From positions 6,603-70,602 of the forward strand of contig CAWGEI010000005.1 in assembly GCA_963821585.1 (NCBI GenBank): a stretch of 64,000 nucleotides of DNA, in the 5' to 3' direction. Every line of letters starts with the position of its first letter. Position 1 is the first letter of the stretch. A model generated the notes under the pieces. It saw nothing but the letters and a program-made list of their open reading frames with translations. It searched no databases and was not told the origin of the DNA. Positions 31,046 through 40,530 of the stretch are shown here, piece by piece. The position numbers and the translations under genes are program-made. This stretch comes from an uncultured Acidobacteriota bacterium. GTDB lineage: Bacteria; Acidobacteriota; Thermoanaerobaculia; Gp7-AA8.

Positions 31046-31993
31046 TCAGGACTCCTTGCGCCAGCGCGAATAGACGCCCTTGGACATGTAGCGTTCCGAG
31101 GCGTCGGGGATGAGGGTCACGACCCGCTTGCCGCGGCCGAGGCGGCGCGCGACTTCCAGCGCGGCGCTGACGTTCGCACCCGCGGAGGACGCGCCGAGGA
31201 TGCCTTCCTCACGAGCCAGCCGCGCGACCATATCGAACGCGGGATCGTCATCGACTTTGATCACGTCCGTCGCCAGCGACATGTCGAGGACGGGAGGGAT
31301 GAACGACGATGCGCCGATGCCTTCCACTTCGTGCGGACCTGCTTCGCCGCCCTTGAGGATCGATCCCTGCGGCTCGACCACATAACACTCGACGTCCGGC
31401 AGGCGTTCGCGCAGGTACTTCGCGACGCCGCTGAACGTACCGCCCGTGCCCGCGCCCGCGAGCCATGCGTCGACGCGGCCTTCCATCTGTTCGAAGATCT
31501 CGGCGCCGGTCGTTTCGTAGTGCGACTCCGCGTTGTACGGATTCGCGAATTGCTGCGGGACGTATGCGCCTTCGATGTCCAGCGCGAGCTCCTGCGCCTT
31601 CGCGATCGCGGCCTTCATGCCCGCGTCCTTCGGCGTGAGGATCACTTCGCCGCCGAGGGCTTTCATGACTTCGCGCTTCTCGATGGAGAAGTTCTCGGGG
31701 ACGCAGAGGATGACGCGATAGCCCTTCTGCACGCCGGCGAGCGCGAGGCCCACGCCGGTGTTGCCGGCGGTCGGCTCGATGATCGTGCCGCCGGGCTTCA
31801 GCAGACCGTCGCGCTCCGCGCGCTCGATCATGCCGATGCCGATGCGGTCTTTCACCGAGAAGCCCGGGTTGAGGAGCTCCATCTTCACGAAGATGTCTGC
31901 GTCGTCGGGGCCGGGGATGCGGTGCAGTCGGACCATCGGCGTGTTGCCGATGAGATCGAGGACGGAGTCAACAGGGAGGGAGGTCTTGCTCAA
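31046..31993 (-). CDS. Cysteine synthase / cystathionine beta-synthase-like PLP enzyme
   Basis: LIGNTPMVRL...NPGFSVKDRIG...GNTGVGLA. The ORF is open to TTG 32017, but that codon lies inside the upstream terminator's U-tract, so TTG 31993 is preferred. Confidence 0.85.
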   Translation of the reverse strand: MSKTSLPVDSVLDLIGNTPMVRLHRIPGPDDADIFVKMELLNPGFSVKDRIGIGMIERAERDGLLKPGGTIIEPTAGNTGVGLALAGVQKGYRVILCVPENFSIEKREVMKALGGEVILTPKDAGMKAAIAKAQELALDIEGAYVPQQFANPYNAESHYETTGAEIFEQMEGRVDAWLAGAGTGGTFSGVAKYLRERLPDVECYVVEPQGSILKGGEAGPHEVEGIGASSFIPPVLDMSLATDVIKVDDDPAFDMVARLAREEGILGASSAGANVSAALEVARRLGRGKRVVTLIPDASERYMSKGVYSRWRKES

Positions 31994-32011
31994 GCGGCGC
32001 GGATGATAGCG

Positions 32012-32043
32012 CAACAAAAAGCCGGCGCGGTTGGCGCCGGCTT
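32012..32043 (-). terminator. Rho-independent terminator of the zinc-ribbon gene
   Basis: Minus strand reads AAGCCGGCGC caacc GCGCCGGCTT TTTGTTG, 27 nt after the stop at 32070. Confidence 0.7.
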
Positions 32044-32069
32044 CGGAAGGGTCGATTGTTCCTGAACTG

Positions 32070-32393
32070 TCAGGCCCAGCTCGAAGGGCGGCTGTTCGAT
32101 CGGCGCTGGTTGTAGCAATCGCGGCAATAGACCGGCTTGCCGCTGACGGGCGTGAACGGAACCTCGGTCGGGATTCCGCAGCTGTCGCAGGTAACGCTCA
32201 CCATCTGGCGCGAGCGGCCGTCGGAACCGCCGTTCCCGTCGCGGGAGGTCTTGCGTTTGTCGCGGCAGTTCTTACAGCGCTTCGGCTCGTTCGTGAATCC
32301 GCGCTCGGCGTAGAACGCCTGTTCGTTGCGGCTGAAAATGAATTCCTGTCCGCAGTCGGCGCAGTTGAGGGATTTGTCGTTGAAAGTGTCCAT
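32070..32393 (-). CDS. Duplicated CxxC zinc-ribbon protein
   Basis: 107 aa. CADCGQEFIFSRNEQAFYAERGFTNEPKRCKNC plus a second CDSCG...CRDC unit. Confidence 0.8.
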   Translation of the reverse strand: MDTFNDKSLNCADCGQEFIFSRNEQAFYAERGFTNEPKRCKNCRDKRKTSRDGNGGSDGRSRQMVSVTCDSCGIPTEVPFTPVSGKPVYCRDCYNQRRSNSRPSSWA

Positions 32394-32683
32394 GAAACCT
32401 TGATCTCCTAACCTGTTGTTACCTGATGAACGACGTTTGCCGCAGCGGATGTCACGTGCGGGGGGCCGCGACCCTGCCCCCGCTTGATGGGTAGATACTA
32501 CGAAGTGCGTTGAGAATCGACCCCCTTCCGAGTCCGCAGGAACAACACGATCCCCTCAACGAACGCCGCTGTCCGACTGGAGGTGTGCATATTGATCCCG
32601 ATGGCATGGGTTTTAGCATAGTTTTCGAAAGGAAGGCAACGCAGAAGGACGTACTCCAAATAAAAGCGTCAAGGTATTGACCA

Positions 32684-33523
32684 TTGAAGGAACCAACCAA
32701 AATCCGCATCGGCCCGGCGGGCTGGAGCTACAAAGATTGGGAAGGCGTCGTCTACCCGTCGCACGGTTCGAAGTTCGACGCACTCGGCTATCTCGCGCAG
32801 TTTTTCGACACCATCGAGATCAACTCGCCGTTCTATCGCATCCCTCCGCCGACACACTCGAAGAGCTGGGTGAAGCGCGTCGCCGTGAACGACAATTTCA
32901 AGTTCACGACGAAGATCTATCGCGGCTTCACGCACGAGACCGAGGCGCTGTCGAAGGATGACGTGCAGGCGTTCCGCAACTACCTCGACCCTCTCATGGA
33001 AGCCGACCGCCTCGGCGCGATCCTCATCCAGTTCCCGTGGAGCTTCAAGAACACGCCCGAGTCCCGCGCGAAGCTCGTCAAGCTCTTCGGCGCCTTCAAG
33101 GACTACCCGCAGTCCCTCGAAGTACGGCACTCGACGTTCCAGGTGCCGGAGCTCTACGAGCTCCTGGACGAGCACGACGTCGCCTGGGTGAACGTCGACC
33201 AGCCGCTGTTCAGCGACTCCGTGAAGCCGGCGGACACGGTGACCGGTCCCGTCGCGTACGCGCGCTTCCACGGACGCAACTACGAGAAGTGGTTCGCGCA
33301 CGACGAATCGTGGGAGCGCTACAACTATCTCTACTCCGAGCGGGAGCTCGCGCCGTGGGTCGAGCGCATCGAGCGGATGGCGAAGAAGCGCGACACGTAC
33401 GTGATCACCAACAACCACTTCCGCGGCCAGGCCATCCTGAACGCGGGCGACCTCAAGGAGTCGCTGGGCCAGGACGCAACGCTGCCTCCGCAGTTGAAGG
33501 AGGCCTACCCCGACCGGACGTAG
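32684..33523 (+). CDS. DUF72 (UPF0759/YecE-like) protein
   Basis: 279 aa. IRIGPAGWSYKDWEGVVYP...FDTIEINSPFYR is the DUF72 signature. The start is TTG. The stop TAG lies inside the family-1 repeat. Confidence 0.88.
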   Translation: MKEPTKIRIGPAGWSYKDWEGVVYPSHGSKFDALGYLAQFFDTIEINSPFYRIPPPTHSKSWVKRVAVNDNFKFTTKIYRGFTHETEALSKDDVQAFRNYLDPLMEADRLGAILIQFPWSFKNTPESRAKLVKLFGAFKDYPQSLEVRHSTFQVPELYELLDEHDVAWVNVDQPLFSDSVKPADTVTGPVAYARFHGRNYEKWFAHDESWERYNYLYSERELAPWVERIERMAKKRDTYVITNNHFRGQAILNAGDLKESLGQDATLPPQLKEAYPDRT

Positions 33524-33580
33524 GGCGTGGCTTTAGCCCGCCTCCCCCGGGGGAGGCGGGCTAAAGCCACGCCCTACGTT
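33518..33580. repeat. Family-1 inverted-doublet (REPIN-like) element, copy 5, with a compensatory arm substitution
   Basis: ACGTAGGGCGTGGCTTTAGCCCGCC tcccccggggga GGCGGGCTAAAGCCACGCCCTACGTT. Confidence 0.9.
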
Positions 33581-33600
33581 GCGAGGTACGATTCGCGCGA

Positions 33601-35475
33601 ATGACTCGCAAGAAACGCGTGGTCGGGACGGCCGGCCACATCGATCACGGGAAGACCTCCCTCGTGCGCGCGCTGACCGGCATCGACACCGATCGCCTTC
33701 CCGAAGAGAAGCGCCGCGGCATCACCATCGACCTCGGATTCGCGAGCTGGTTCACCGACGACTTCCAGATCGGCTTCGTCGACGTGCCCGGCCACGAGCG
33801 CTTCGTCAAGAACATGCTCGCCGGCATCGGCGGCATCGACAGCGTGCTCCTCGTGGTCGCGGCGGACGAATCGATCAAGCCTCAGACCCGCGAGCATTTC
33901 GCGATCTGCAAGCTCCTCGGCATCAGCTCCGGCGTCATCGCCATCACCAAGAGCGATCTCGTGGAGCGCGACATCCTCGAGCTTGTCCGATTGGAGGTGG
34001 AAGAGCTCGTGGCCGGGAGCTTCCTGGAAGGAAAAGCGATCGTGCCGGTGAGCAGCACGACCGGCGCCGGTCTCGACGACCTCCGCGCGGCGATTCTCGA
34101 ATCCGTTTCCGCCATCGGCGACCGCGACGCGAGCACGCGCGTGTTCCGTCTGCCCATCGACCGCGTGTTCACCATGAAAGGCTTCGGCTCGGTGATCACC
34201 GGCACGACGTACTCCGGCCGCGTGAAAGTCGAGGACGAAGTGGAAGTGCTCCCCAGCGCGCGACGCAGCCGCGCGCGTGCGATCCAGGTCCACAGCGAGC
34301 CGCGCGACGAAGCGTCCGCGGGCGAGCGGACGTCGATGAACCTCGCCGACATCGCGCTCGAGGATCTGCACCGCGGACATCAGGTGCTGCACCCAGACAC
34401 GCTGCGGCCGTCGCAGGTGATCACCGTGCGCATCGAGCTCCTTCCCGATGCGAAGCCGCTCAAGGAACAGACCCGCATCCGCTTCCACCACCTGTCCGCC
34501 GAGCTCCTCGGCACGGTTCGATTTGTCGACGTCACGACAGAGCTACGCCCCGGCGAGAGCGCGTTCGCGCAGATCCGTCTCGAATCGCCCATCGTCGCCG
34601 TCGCCGGCGATCGCTTCGTCATACGCCGCTACTCGCCCGCGTTCACCATCGGCGGCGGAGTGATCCTCGACGCGCACCTCTCGAAGCTCAGCCGCAGCAC
34701 GCGTCCGGAGATCCTGGAGACGCTCGCGAGCGGCACGCTGCCGCAGCGCGTGGAACTGATCGCGAAGCTGCAGGGACTCCGCGGCGTATCGCTCGATGAG
34801 CTGCAGGCGCGCACCGGCATCCGCATCGAGTCGCTGACGAAGGAACTGCGCGGCGTCCCGAACGTCGCGAAGACCGGCAATATGTTCGTCCACAACGACG
34901 TGCTCACCGACTTCCGCCGCAAGTCGATGGCCTTCATGGAGCGCTACTTCAAGGACAACAAGATGGCGACGAGCGTGCCGAAGGGAGAGTTCGTGCAGAA
35001 GCTCATCCCCCCGGGCGCGCCGGTGAACTATCTACTCAACGACCTGGCGAAGGAGAACATCGCCACGGTGCAGGGCGACGCTCTCGACATCCCCGGGCGC
35101 TCGAAGACGCTGGGCGGCACGGAAGGCGAGCTCGCGCGCGCCATCGAGCTGAAGTACGCCGATGCGGGATTACAGACGCCCGCGACGTCCGAGCTCATCA
35201 AAGCGATTCCGCAGAGGCCAAAAGTCATCGAAGGCATCATCGCGTACCTCGTGAAACAGGGAACGCTCGTGCGCCTCGCCGACGGCATCTACCTGCACCG
35301 CGACGTCGTCGCATCCGCGCGCGAGAAGCTCGCGACGAAGAAGGGCGAGACGATCGACGTCGGCCAGTTCAAGGACCTCTTCGGCATCTCCCGCAAGGTC
35401 GCGATCCCGCTGCTGGAGCACTTCGATCGCGAGGGAGCGACGAAGCGGATTGGCGACGCGCGGCAGGTGCTGTGA
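33601..35475 (+). CDS. selB: Selenocysteine-specific translation elongation factor
   Basis: 624 aa. [40 protein letters not shown], plus C-terminal winged-helix repeats. Confidence 0.9.
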   Translation: MTRKKRVVGTAGHIDHGKTSLVRALTGIDTDRLPEEKRRGITIDLGFASWFTDDFQIGFVDVPGHERFVKNMLAGIGGIDSVLLVVAADESIKPQTREHFAICKLLGISSGVIAITKSDLVERDILELVRLEVEELVAGSFLEGKAIVPVSSTTGAGLDDLRAAILESVSAIGDRDASTRVFRLPIDRVFTMKGFGSVITGTTYSGRVKVEDEVEVLPSARRSRARAIQVHSEPRDEASAGERTSMNLADIALEDLHRGHQVLHPDTLRPSQVITVRIELLPDAKPLKEQTRIRFHHLSAELLGTVRFVDVTTELRPGESAFAQIRLESPIVAVAGDRFVIRRYSPAFTIGGGVILDAHLSKLSRSTRPEILETLASGTLPQRVELIAKLQGLRGVSLDELQARTGIRIESLTKELRGVPNVAKTGNMFVHNDVLTDFRRKSMAFMERYFKDNKMATSVPKGEFVQKLIPPGAPVNYLLNDLAKENIATVQGDALDIPGRSKTLGGTEGELARAIELKYADAGLQTPATSELIKAIPQRPKVIEGIIAYLVKQGTLVRLADGIYLHRDVVASAREKLATKKGETIDVGQFKDLFGISRKVAIPLLEHFDREGATKRIGDARQVL

Positions 35476-35577
35476 TCACCTGAGCTCCGCGCTCGATAAG
35501 ACCGTCACCGTTTGGTTCTCGAATGGAGACGGCGTGATGATCTCTGACGTGCGTGCAATCTGTACGATCCACTGAAC

Positions 35578-36180
35578 ATGCTTCTACTCGCACTCGCACT
35601 GGCCGCGACCCTGGACGTTCCCCGCGTCTCGGCACCCGTCATCGACGGCACGGTCGCGGCCGGGGAATGGAGATCCGCGAAACGCGTCGAGCTGACGAAC
35701 GGCGGCCACGCGCTGCTGCAGCACGACGGAACGTTTCTGTACATCGCCATCCGCGGCCCGCGCACCGGAATCGCGAGCCTGTGCATGCCGCAGGGGAAAG
35801 ACGTAGCGATTCTCCACGCTTCGGCCGCACTCGGCACCGCGGTGTTCCGGGACGGCCACGCGACGCGCGAGTTCGTCTGGACCAATCGCGACACGACGGA
35901 CACCGCCGCGCGCGACAAGTTCCTCGCCGCCGAGCATTGGTTCGCGAACACCACCCCGCGCGGCCACGTCGATCGCGAGATGCAGATCGCCATCGCGGGG
36001 AGGAAGGAGATCCCGCTCACGATCGCCTTCATGAGCTTCGCGCCGAACGAAGAGCAGCGCATTCACGTGTGGCCGGCAGAGTTGAACGACGCCTGCGCGT
36101 CGATCGACCTCGCCTCGGGGAAGACCGAGGGGACGCTGGTGTTCGATCGCGCCCAATGGGGCGTGCTGCGGCTTCGCTGA
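35578..36180 (+). CDS. Secreted hypothetical protein (CBM9/DOMON-like by pattern)
   Basis: 200 aa. Signal peptide MLLLALALAATL, then PVIDGTVAAGEW. The family assignment is weak. Confidence 0.6.
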   Translation: MLLLALALAATLDVPRVSAPVIDGTVAAGEWRSAKRVELTNGGHALLQHDGTFLYIAIRGPRTGIASLCMPQGKDVAILHASAALGTAVFRDGHATREFVWTNRDTTDTAARDKFLAAEHWFANTTPRGHVDREMQIAIAGRKEIPLTIAFMSFAPNEEQRIHVWPAELNDACASIDLASGKTEGTLVFDRAQWGVLRLR

Positions 36181-36181
36181 C

Positions 36182-36349
36182 CTAGTCGTCCTTGCCGCTG
36201 GTCCAGGACGGCGGGTCGCTCGCGGGGAAGGACTCCGCGATGGCTTCGTCCACGCGGTCGTCGTCGTCGAGCGGGGCCTTCGGGTCCCGCAGCGGATCAA
36301 TTCTTCCGCCGCGCTCCTTTTCCCAGTCCTTCTGCGGTGGCTCTGCCAT
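36182..36349 (-). CDS. Unannotated 55-aa acidic protein with an ESFPASDPP motif
   Basis: Hand translation gives MAEPPQKDWEKERGGRIDPLRDPKAPLDDDDRVDEAIAESFPASDPPSWTSGKDD. It is below the ORF-track cutoff. It overlaps the 3' end of the upstream gene by 53 nt in another frame. Confidence 0.5.
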   Translation of the reverse strand: MAEPPQKDWEKERGGRIDPLRDPKAPLDDDDRVDEAIAESFPASDPPSWTSGKDD

Positions 36350-37043
36350 TGGTCCGGTCCTCGTAGCCTTTCGGAATTGCGACCATACTCTCCGGGACGT
36401 CCCGCTGCGAAATCGCGACCACCGCGCGCTCTACGACCAGCTCGCCTTTGCCGACCGGAACGGTGGTGCGGTCGAGGAGCGGAAAGCCGCGCACGGCGAC
36501 GAGCTCGCGGTCGACGTCGCGCATCATCGGCGCGAGCGGCGACGACGGCGTCTCGCTCGCGTGCATCATGGCAAAGAGCTCGTCCGGGATGGCCGAGTGC
36601 TCCGCGAGCCAGAGCTCGCGTTTGTAGCCGCCGGAGACGATCGTCACCTGCTCCGCGCGGACTCCCTGGAGCTCGCGCCGTTCCTTCGTCCGCGCGAACA
36701 CCGCGCGCGCGTAGTGCGGCGGCAGCGCGGCGGAGTTCACCGCCGTGCGGCGCTCGACGATCGCGGGCAACGCCTCGGTCTTCACCGTACGCGCGACGTC
36801 GTCCACGACCGTGACCGTCTTCGCGCGGGTGTCGAAGAGCCGCCAGACATCGTGCTCGGCCGTGCTGCGGGCCCGGTCTCCGGCGATGACGATGGTGTGA
36901 TCGTGCGGTTTCTTGTCGATCGTCGTCCGGATGGTCACGATCGTCGCGCGCACCTGCGGCCCCGCTGCGGCAGGCTTCGCCGGCTGTGGCGCGGGTTTAC
37001 ACGAGAGGCAAACCGCAATGACGAGGAGGCAGAGACGTCTCAC
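36297..37043 (-). CDS. Hypothetical secreted/lipoprotein
   Basis: 248 aa. MRRLCLLVIAVCLSCKPAP is a signal sequence. No family recognised. Confidence 0.65.
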   Translation of the reverse strand: MRRLCLLVIAVCLSCKPAPQPAKPAAAGPQVRATIVTIRTTIDKKPHDHTIVIAGDRARSTAEHDVWRLFDTRAKTVTVVDDVARTVKTEALPAIVERRTAVNSAALPPHYARAVFARTKERRELQGVRAEQVTIVSGGYKRELWLAEHSAIPDELFAMMHASETPSSPLAPMMRDVDRELVAVRGFPLLDRTTVPVGKGELVVERAVVAISQRDVPESMVAIPKGYEDRTNGRATAEGLGKGARRKN

Positions 37044-39709
37044 TACTCTTTCGCGTCGTACCAGCTCTTCCCCCAGTGCACATCCACGGCGAGAGGGACA
37101 GCCAGCGGGAAAATACCCTCCATGGTCTCTTTCACGATCCCCGCCACGTCGGCCGCGCTCGGCTCCGGCGCCTCGATCACGATCTCGTCATGGACGGTCA
37201 GCAGCATCCGCGCGCCCGCACCGTGCGCGGTGAGGCGATCCTCCAGGGCGATCATGGCCATCTTCAGGATGTCCGCCGCCGTGCCCTGGATCGGCGCGTT
37301 CGTCGCCATCCGCTCGGCGTTGCCGCGTACGGTGAACGAGCGGTTGTGGATCTCCGGGATGTACCGCACGCGGCCGAACAGCGTCGTCACCTTCCCCGTG
37401 CTCCGCGCGTCGGCCAGCGTCCGGTCCAGATACTCCTGGATCTTCGGATAGCGCGAGAAGTACGCCTCGATCCACTCCTTCGCCTGCTGCCCCGAGATCC
37501 CGAGCTCGTTCGCCAGCCGGAAGGCCGACATGCCGTACAGCACGCCGAAGTTGATCGTCTTCGCCGCGCGGCGCTGCTCCACCGTCAGCTCGTCCTCAGG
37601 GATGTTGAACATCTTCGACGCCGTCGCGCGGTGGATGTCGGCGCCGCGGCGGAAGGTCTCGATCAGCGACTCGTCCTGCGAGATGTGCGCGAGGATGCGC
37701 AGCTCGACCTGCGAGTAATCCGCGGAGAGCAGCACCGAGCCCTCGTCCGCGATGAACGCCTTGCGGATCTCCCGGCCGGTCTGCGTACGGATGGGGATGT
37801 TCTGCAGGTTCGGGTCGGACGACGACAGCCGTCCCGTCGCCGCGACGGCCTGGTTGAACGTCGTGTGGACGCGCCCGTCTTTCCCGACGAGCAGCGGCAG
37901 CGCGTCGATGTACGTCCCCTTGAGCTTGTGCAGCTCGCGGTGCTGGAGGATGAGCTGCGGCACGGCGAAGCCGTGGCTGGCCAGCTCTTCGAGCACTTCC
38001 ACGCTCGTCGAGAAGCTCTTCGTGGTCTTGGTCTTCTTGATGACCGGGTAGTTCAGCTTCTCGAAGAGGATGTGGCCGAGCTGGAGCGGGGAGTTGATGT
38101 TGAACTCCGTCCCCGCCTCCTCGTACACGCGGCGCTCGAGGTCCGCGATCTGCTCGCCGAACGTCTTCGACATCGCGCGCAGCAGGCCGGTGTCGATGCG
38201 GATGCCGCGGTCTTCCATCTTGCCGAGGACGGGGAAGAGCGGCATCTCGATCTGCTCGTAGATGCGCGGCAGGGCCTCGTCGCGGCGCAGCTCCGGCCCG
38301 AGCACGTCCTTCAGCGCCACCGTCACCTCGGACTTCTCGCCGAGGTACTGCAGGAGCGGGGTGAGTCTCGAGGAGCCGATCTCGTGGTCGATCTCGAACA
38401 GCGGGGCCGTCTTCTCGACCACCTTGCGCGCGGAAATGTCCTGCTTGAGACGATCGCGGGCGATGTTCCCCAGCGCGTGGCTGGGCAGGCCGGGATTGAT
38501 GACGTACGACATCAGCATCACGTCTTCCCAGCGCGTGGGAACGGGCCAGCCGAGGGCGTGGAGACGGCGGGTCTGCGCCTTCGCGTCGTACGTGACGATG
38601 ACGCGGTCGCTGGCGAGGAGGTCGCGCAGCGCGTCGTGCATCTCGCTCGTGCCGCCGTACTCCTTCGCGATCGGAACGAGCAGCGACTCCGAGGGCTTCA
38701 TGGAGAGCGAGGCGGCGATCGGGGCGTCGAAGCCGTCCGGCGTCTCCGGCTCGAGCCACAACGCGATCGGCTCGCCGGGCCCGGCGAATGTGCGGACGTC
38801 CTCCGCGCTCCCCGCAATCCGCACCTCCTTCTCCACCGGCGGCGCCTCGGGCAGAAACTCCTGCATCAGGGAGGCGAACTCCAGGCGGGAGAAGATGTCG
38901 TGCAGCTTCGGGCGGTCGGGATCGGTGCGCTTGAGCGTCTCGAAGTCGATGGCGAGATCGAGGTCGCACTTGATGCGCGCCAGTTCCTTGGAGAGGTAGG
39001 CCTTGTCCTTGTTGTCCTCCAGCGCTTTGCGCTGCGTCGCCTTCTTGATCTGATCGAGGCTCCCGTACACGCCGTCGAGCGAGCCGAACTGCTGGATCAG
39101 GCCCTTCGCGCCCTTCTCGCCGATGCCGGGGACGCCCGGGATGTTGTCGATGGCGTCGCCCCAGATGGCCATGACGTCGACGACCTTCTCCGGCGGCAGG
39201 CCGAACGCCTCTTCGACGCCCTTGGCGTCGTACATGGTCTCGCGGCCGGTGTGGTAGAGGCGGATGCCGTCGCCGACGAGCTGGAAGAAGTCCTTGTCGC
39301 TGGTGGCGATGACGACGTCATAGCCGCGGTCGCGCGCCGAGCACGCCAGCGAGCCGATGAAGTCGTCCGCCTCCCACTCCGTCGAGCGGATCACCGGGAT
39401 GCGGAAGCCGTCCAGGACTTCATAGACCAGCGGCACCTGCACGACGAGGTCGTCGGGCATCGGCTTGCGGTCTTTCTTGTAGTCGGCGAACTGGCTCGTG
39501 CGCGCCGTCTCCCGGCCATCGTCGAAGGCCACAGCGATGCAATCGGGGTTGTGGTCCTTGAGCAGCTTCTTCAGCGTCGTGACGAAGCCGTAGACGGCGT
39601 TCGTCGAAAACCCGTCCGAGTTCGTCAGATGACGGATCGCGTAGTAGGAGCGGTAGACGTTGTTGGAGCCGTCAATGATGAAGAGGGAGGGGCGCTTCGA
39701 CTTGGGCAC
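37043..39709 (-). CDS. polA: DNA polymerase I
   Basis: 888 aa. 5'-nuclease N-terminus (LFIIDGSNNVYRSYYA) and polymerase motifs (DYSQVELRILAH, QGTAADI, VHDE). Confidence 0.97.
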   Translation of the reverse strand: MPKSKRPSLFIIDGSNNVYRSYYAIRHLTNSDGFSTNAVYGFVTTLKKLLKDHNPDCIAVAFDDGRETARTSQFADYKKDRKPMPDDLVVQVPLVYEVLDGFRIPVIRSTEWEADDFIGSLACSARDRGYDVVIATSDKDFFQLVGDGIRLYHTGRETMYDAKGVEEAFGLPPEKVVDVMAIWGDAIDNIPGVPGIGEKGAKGLIQQFGSLDGVYGSLDQIKKATQRKALEDNKDKAYLSKELARIKCDLDLAIDFETLKRTDPDRPKLHDIFSRLEFASLMQEFLPEAPPVEKEVRIAGSAEDVRTFAGPGEPIALWLEPETPDGFDAPIAASLSMKPSESLLVPIAKEYGGTSEMHDALRDLLASDRVIVTYDAKAQTRRLHALGWPVPTRWEDVMLMSYVINPGLPSHALGNIARDRLKQDISARKVVEKTAPLFEIDHEIGSSRLTPLLQYLGEKSEVTVALKDVLGPELRRDEALPRIYEQIEMPLFPVLGKMEDRGIRIDTGLLRAMSKTFGEQIADLERRVYEEAGTEFNINSPLQLGHILFEKLNYPVIKKTKTTKSFSTSVEVLEELASHGFAVPQLILQHRELHKLKGTYIDALPLLVGKDGRVHTTFNQAVAATGRLSSSDPNLQNIPIRTQTGREIRKAFIADEGSVLLSADYSQVELRILAHISQDESLIETFRRGADIHRATASKMFNIPEDELTVEQRRAAKTINFGVLYGMSAFRLANELGISGQQAKEWIEAYFSRYPKIQEYLDRTLADARSTGKVTTLFGRVRYIPEIHNRSFTVRGNAERMATNAPIQGTAADILKMAMIALEDRLTAHGAGARMLLTVHDEIVIEAPEPSAADVAGIVKETMEGIFPLAVPLAVDVHWGKSWYDAKE

Positions 39710-39726
39710 GGGGGCGGATTATAGGA

Positions 39727-39807
39727 GTGCTGAGTGCTGGGTGCTGAGTGCTGGGTGCTGAGTGCTGGGTCACGCCTGCCGTTCTCTCAGCACCCAGCAC
39801 TCAGCAC
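39727..39807. repeat. Hairpin/tandem repeat built from a 7-nt (14-nt) GTGCTGA/GTGCTGG unit
   Basis: (GTGCTGAGTGCTGG)x3 GT ... CTCAGCACCCAGCACTCAGCAC, followed by TTTT. Confidence 0.88.
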
Positions 39808-39809
39808 TT

Positions 39810-40300
39810 TTCCTCTGAAAGCACTAACGGACCCTTTCGGGTCCGTTGTGGTACATCGGGCTGGACTGCTGCGGCCAGTTGGTGGGGTTCAAGGAAGCTA
39901 AGTGAGTAATCGTCCAAAATCGGTCCAATAGTCAAGGAGGGAGCCCGCAGCAGCCACTTGGCGCAGGCAAGTCAGGTGTGACCCGCGCAAGCGTGGTTTC
40001 GAGGTCCATTTCGAAACCTGATTCATCGTGCTCTCTCCTACTGCATTCGGTAGGCCAACTTCACCGGAAGCGTCCCAATCAGCACAGAAACAGAATGTTT
40101 CAGCGGGCGCAAGCGCAGAAGTTCCAGTAATCAAGAGAGATACGCCCTCCGCTTGTGAAAAAAAGCGCATGCGGGATGACGACAGGATCGGTGGAAAGTT
40201 TTTCCACCCCTCGAAGGGCCGTTGCAATTCTGACCACCCGGCAGGAGGTAAATATTGACCACCCCGCTTCCCCCGGCGCGCGATGCACCAGGGTTGAGCC
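39810..40300. other. About 490-bp low-GC non-coding island with several stable local hairpins; candidate structured RNA locus of unknown class
   Basis: Hand counts give about 48-53% G+C in 60-nt blocks, against much higher flanks. There is no convincing ORF. Hairpins: AACGGACCC-TTTC-GGGTCCGTT (39826-39847), GGTTTCGA-ggtccatt-TCGAAACC (39996-40019) and GGTGGAAA-gtt-TTTCCACC (40190-40208). Confidence 0.4.
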
Positions 40301-40303
40301 GCG

Positions 40304-40522
40304 TCAGCGCGCGGCGGAACCCAGCAACGAGTTCAGATCCCGCAGGAACGACTCCAGCTCGATGCGATACCCCTCCGCGACCTCCGCGAGCGTCTCATCG
40401 TTGGCGCGGCTGCAGCCGTTGCAGCCGCCGAGGTGATACGCCGCGAAGACCCAGCGCGCTTTCGGGTGCTTCTCCAGCGCCTCGGAAACGATGGTCGTGG
40501 GCGTAAACATGCGGCCGAACAT
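40304..40522 (-). CDS. DUF1858 / hybrid-cluster-associated redox disulfide domain protein
   Basis: 72 aa: TIVSEALEKHPKARWVFAAYHLGGCNGCSRANDETLAEVAEGY. Confidence 0.75.
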   Translation of the reverse strand: MFGRMFTPTTIVSEALEKHPKARWVFAAYHLGGCNGCSRANDETLAEVAEGYRIELESFLRDLNSLLGSAAR

Positions 40523-40530
40523 TCTAGATC

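Noticed and set aside
32452-32709. 85-aa minus-strand ORF in the zinc-ribbon/DUF72 intergenic region.
   Set aside because: It has no SD, unusual composition and an overlap with the DUF72 start. It is more likely non-coding leader sequence.
35476-35577. tRNA-Sec (selC) downstream of selB.
   Set aside because: The 100-nt gap has no cloverleaf-compatible acceptor or T-arm sequences. I saw no tRNA-like GGTTCGA motif anywhere in the window.
37076-39724. 882-aa ORF on the plus strand.
   Set aside because: It is antisense to polA and has low-complexity Arg/Asp/Val/Leu composition.
39810-40300. tmRNA, RNase P RNA or SRP RNA identity for the low-GC island.
   Set aside because: No GGAAAGUCCGG (RNase P CR-I) is present. 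There is no GGUUCGAAUCC T-loop with a CCA-proximal acceptor and no tag ORF ending in ..AA-stop (tmRNA). There is no GUCAGGUCCGGAAGGAAGCAGCC core (SRP). One hairpin (GGTTTCGAGGTCCATTTCGAAACC) superficially resembles the tmRNA 5' region, but nothing else fits.
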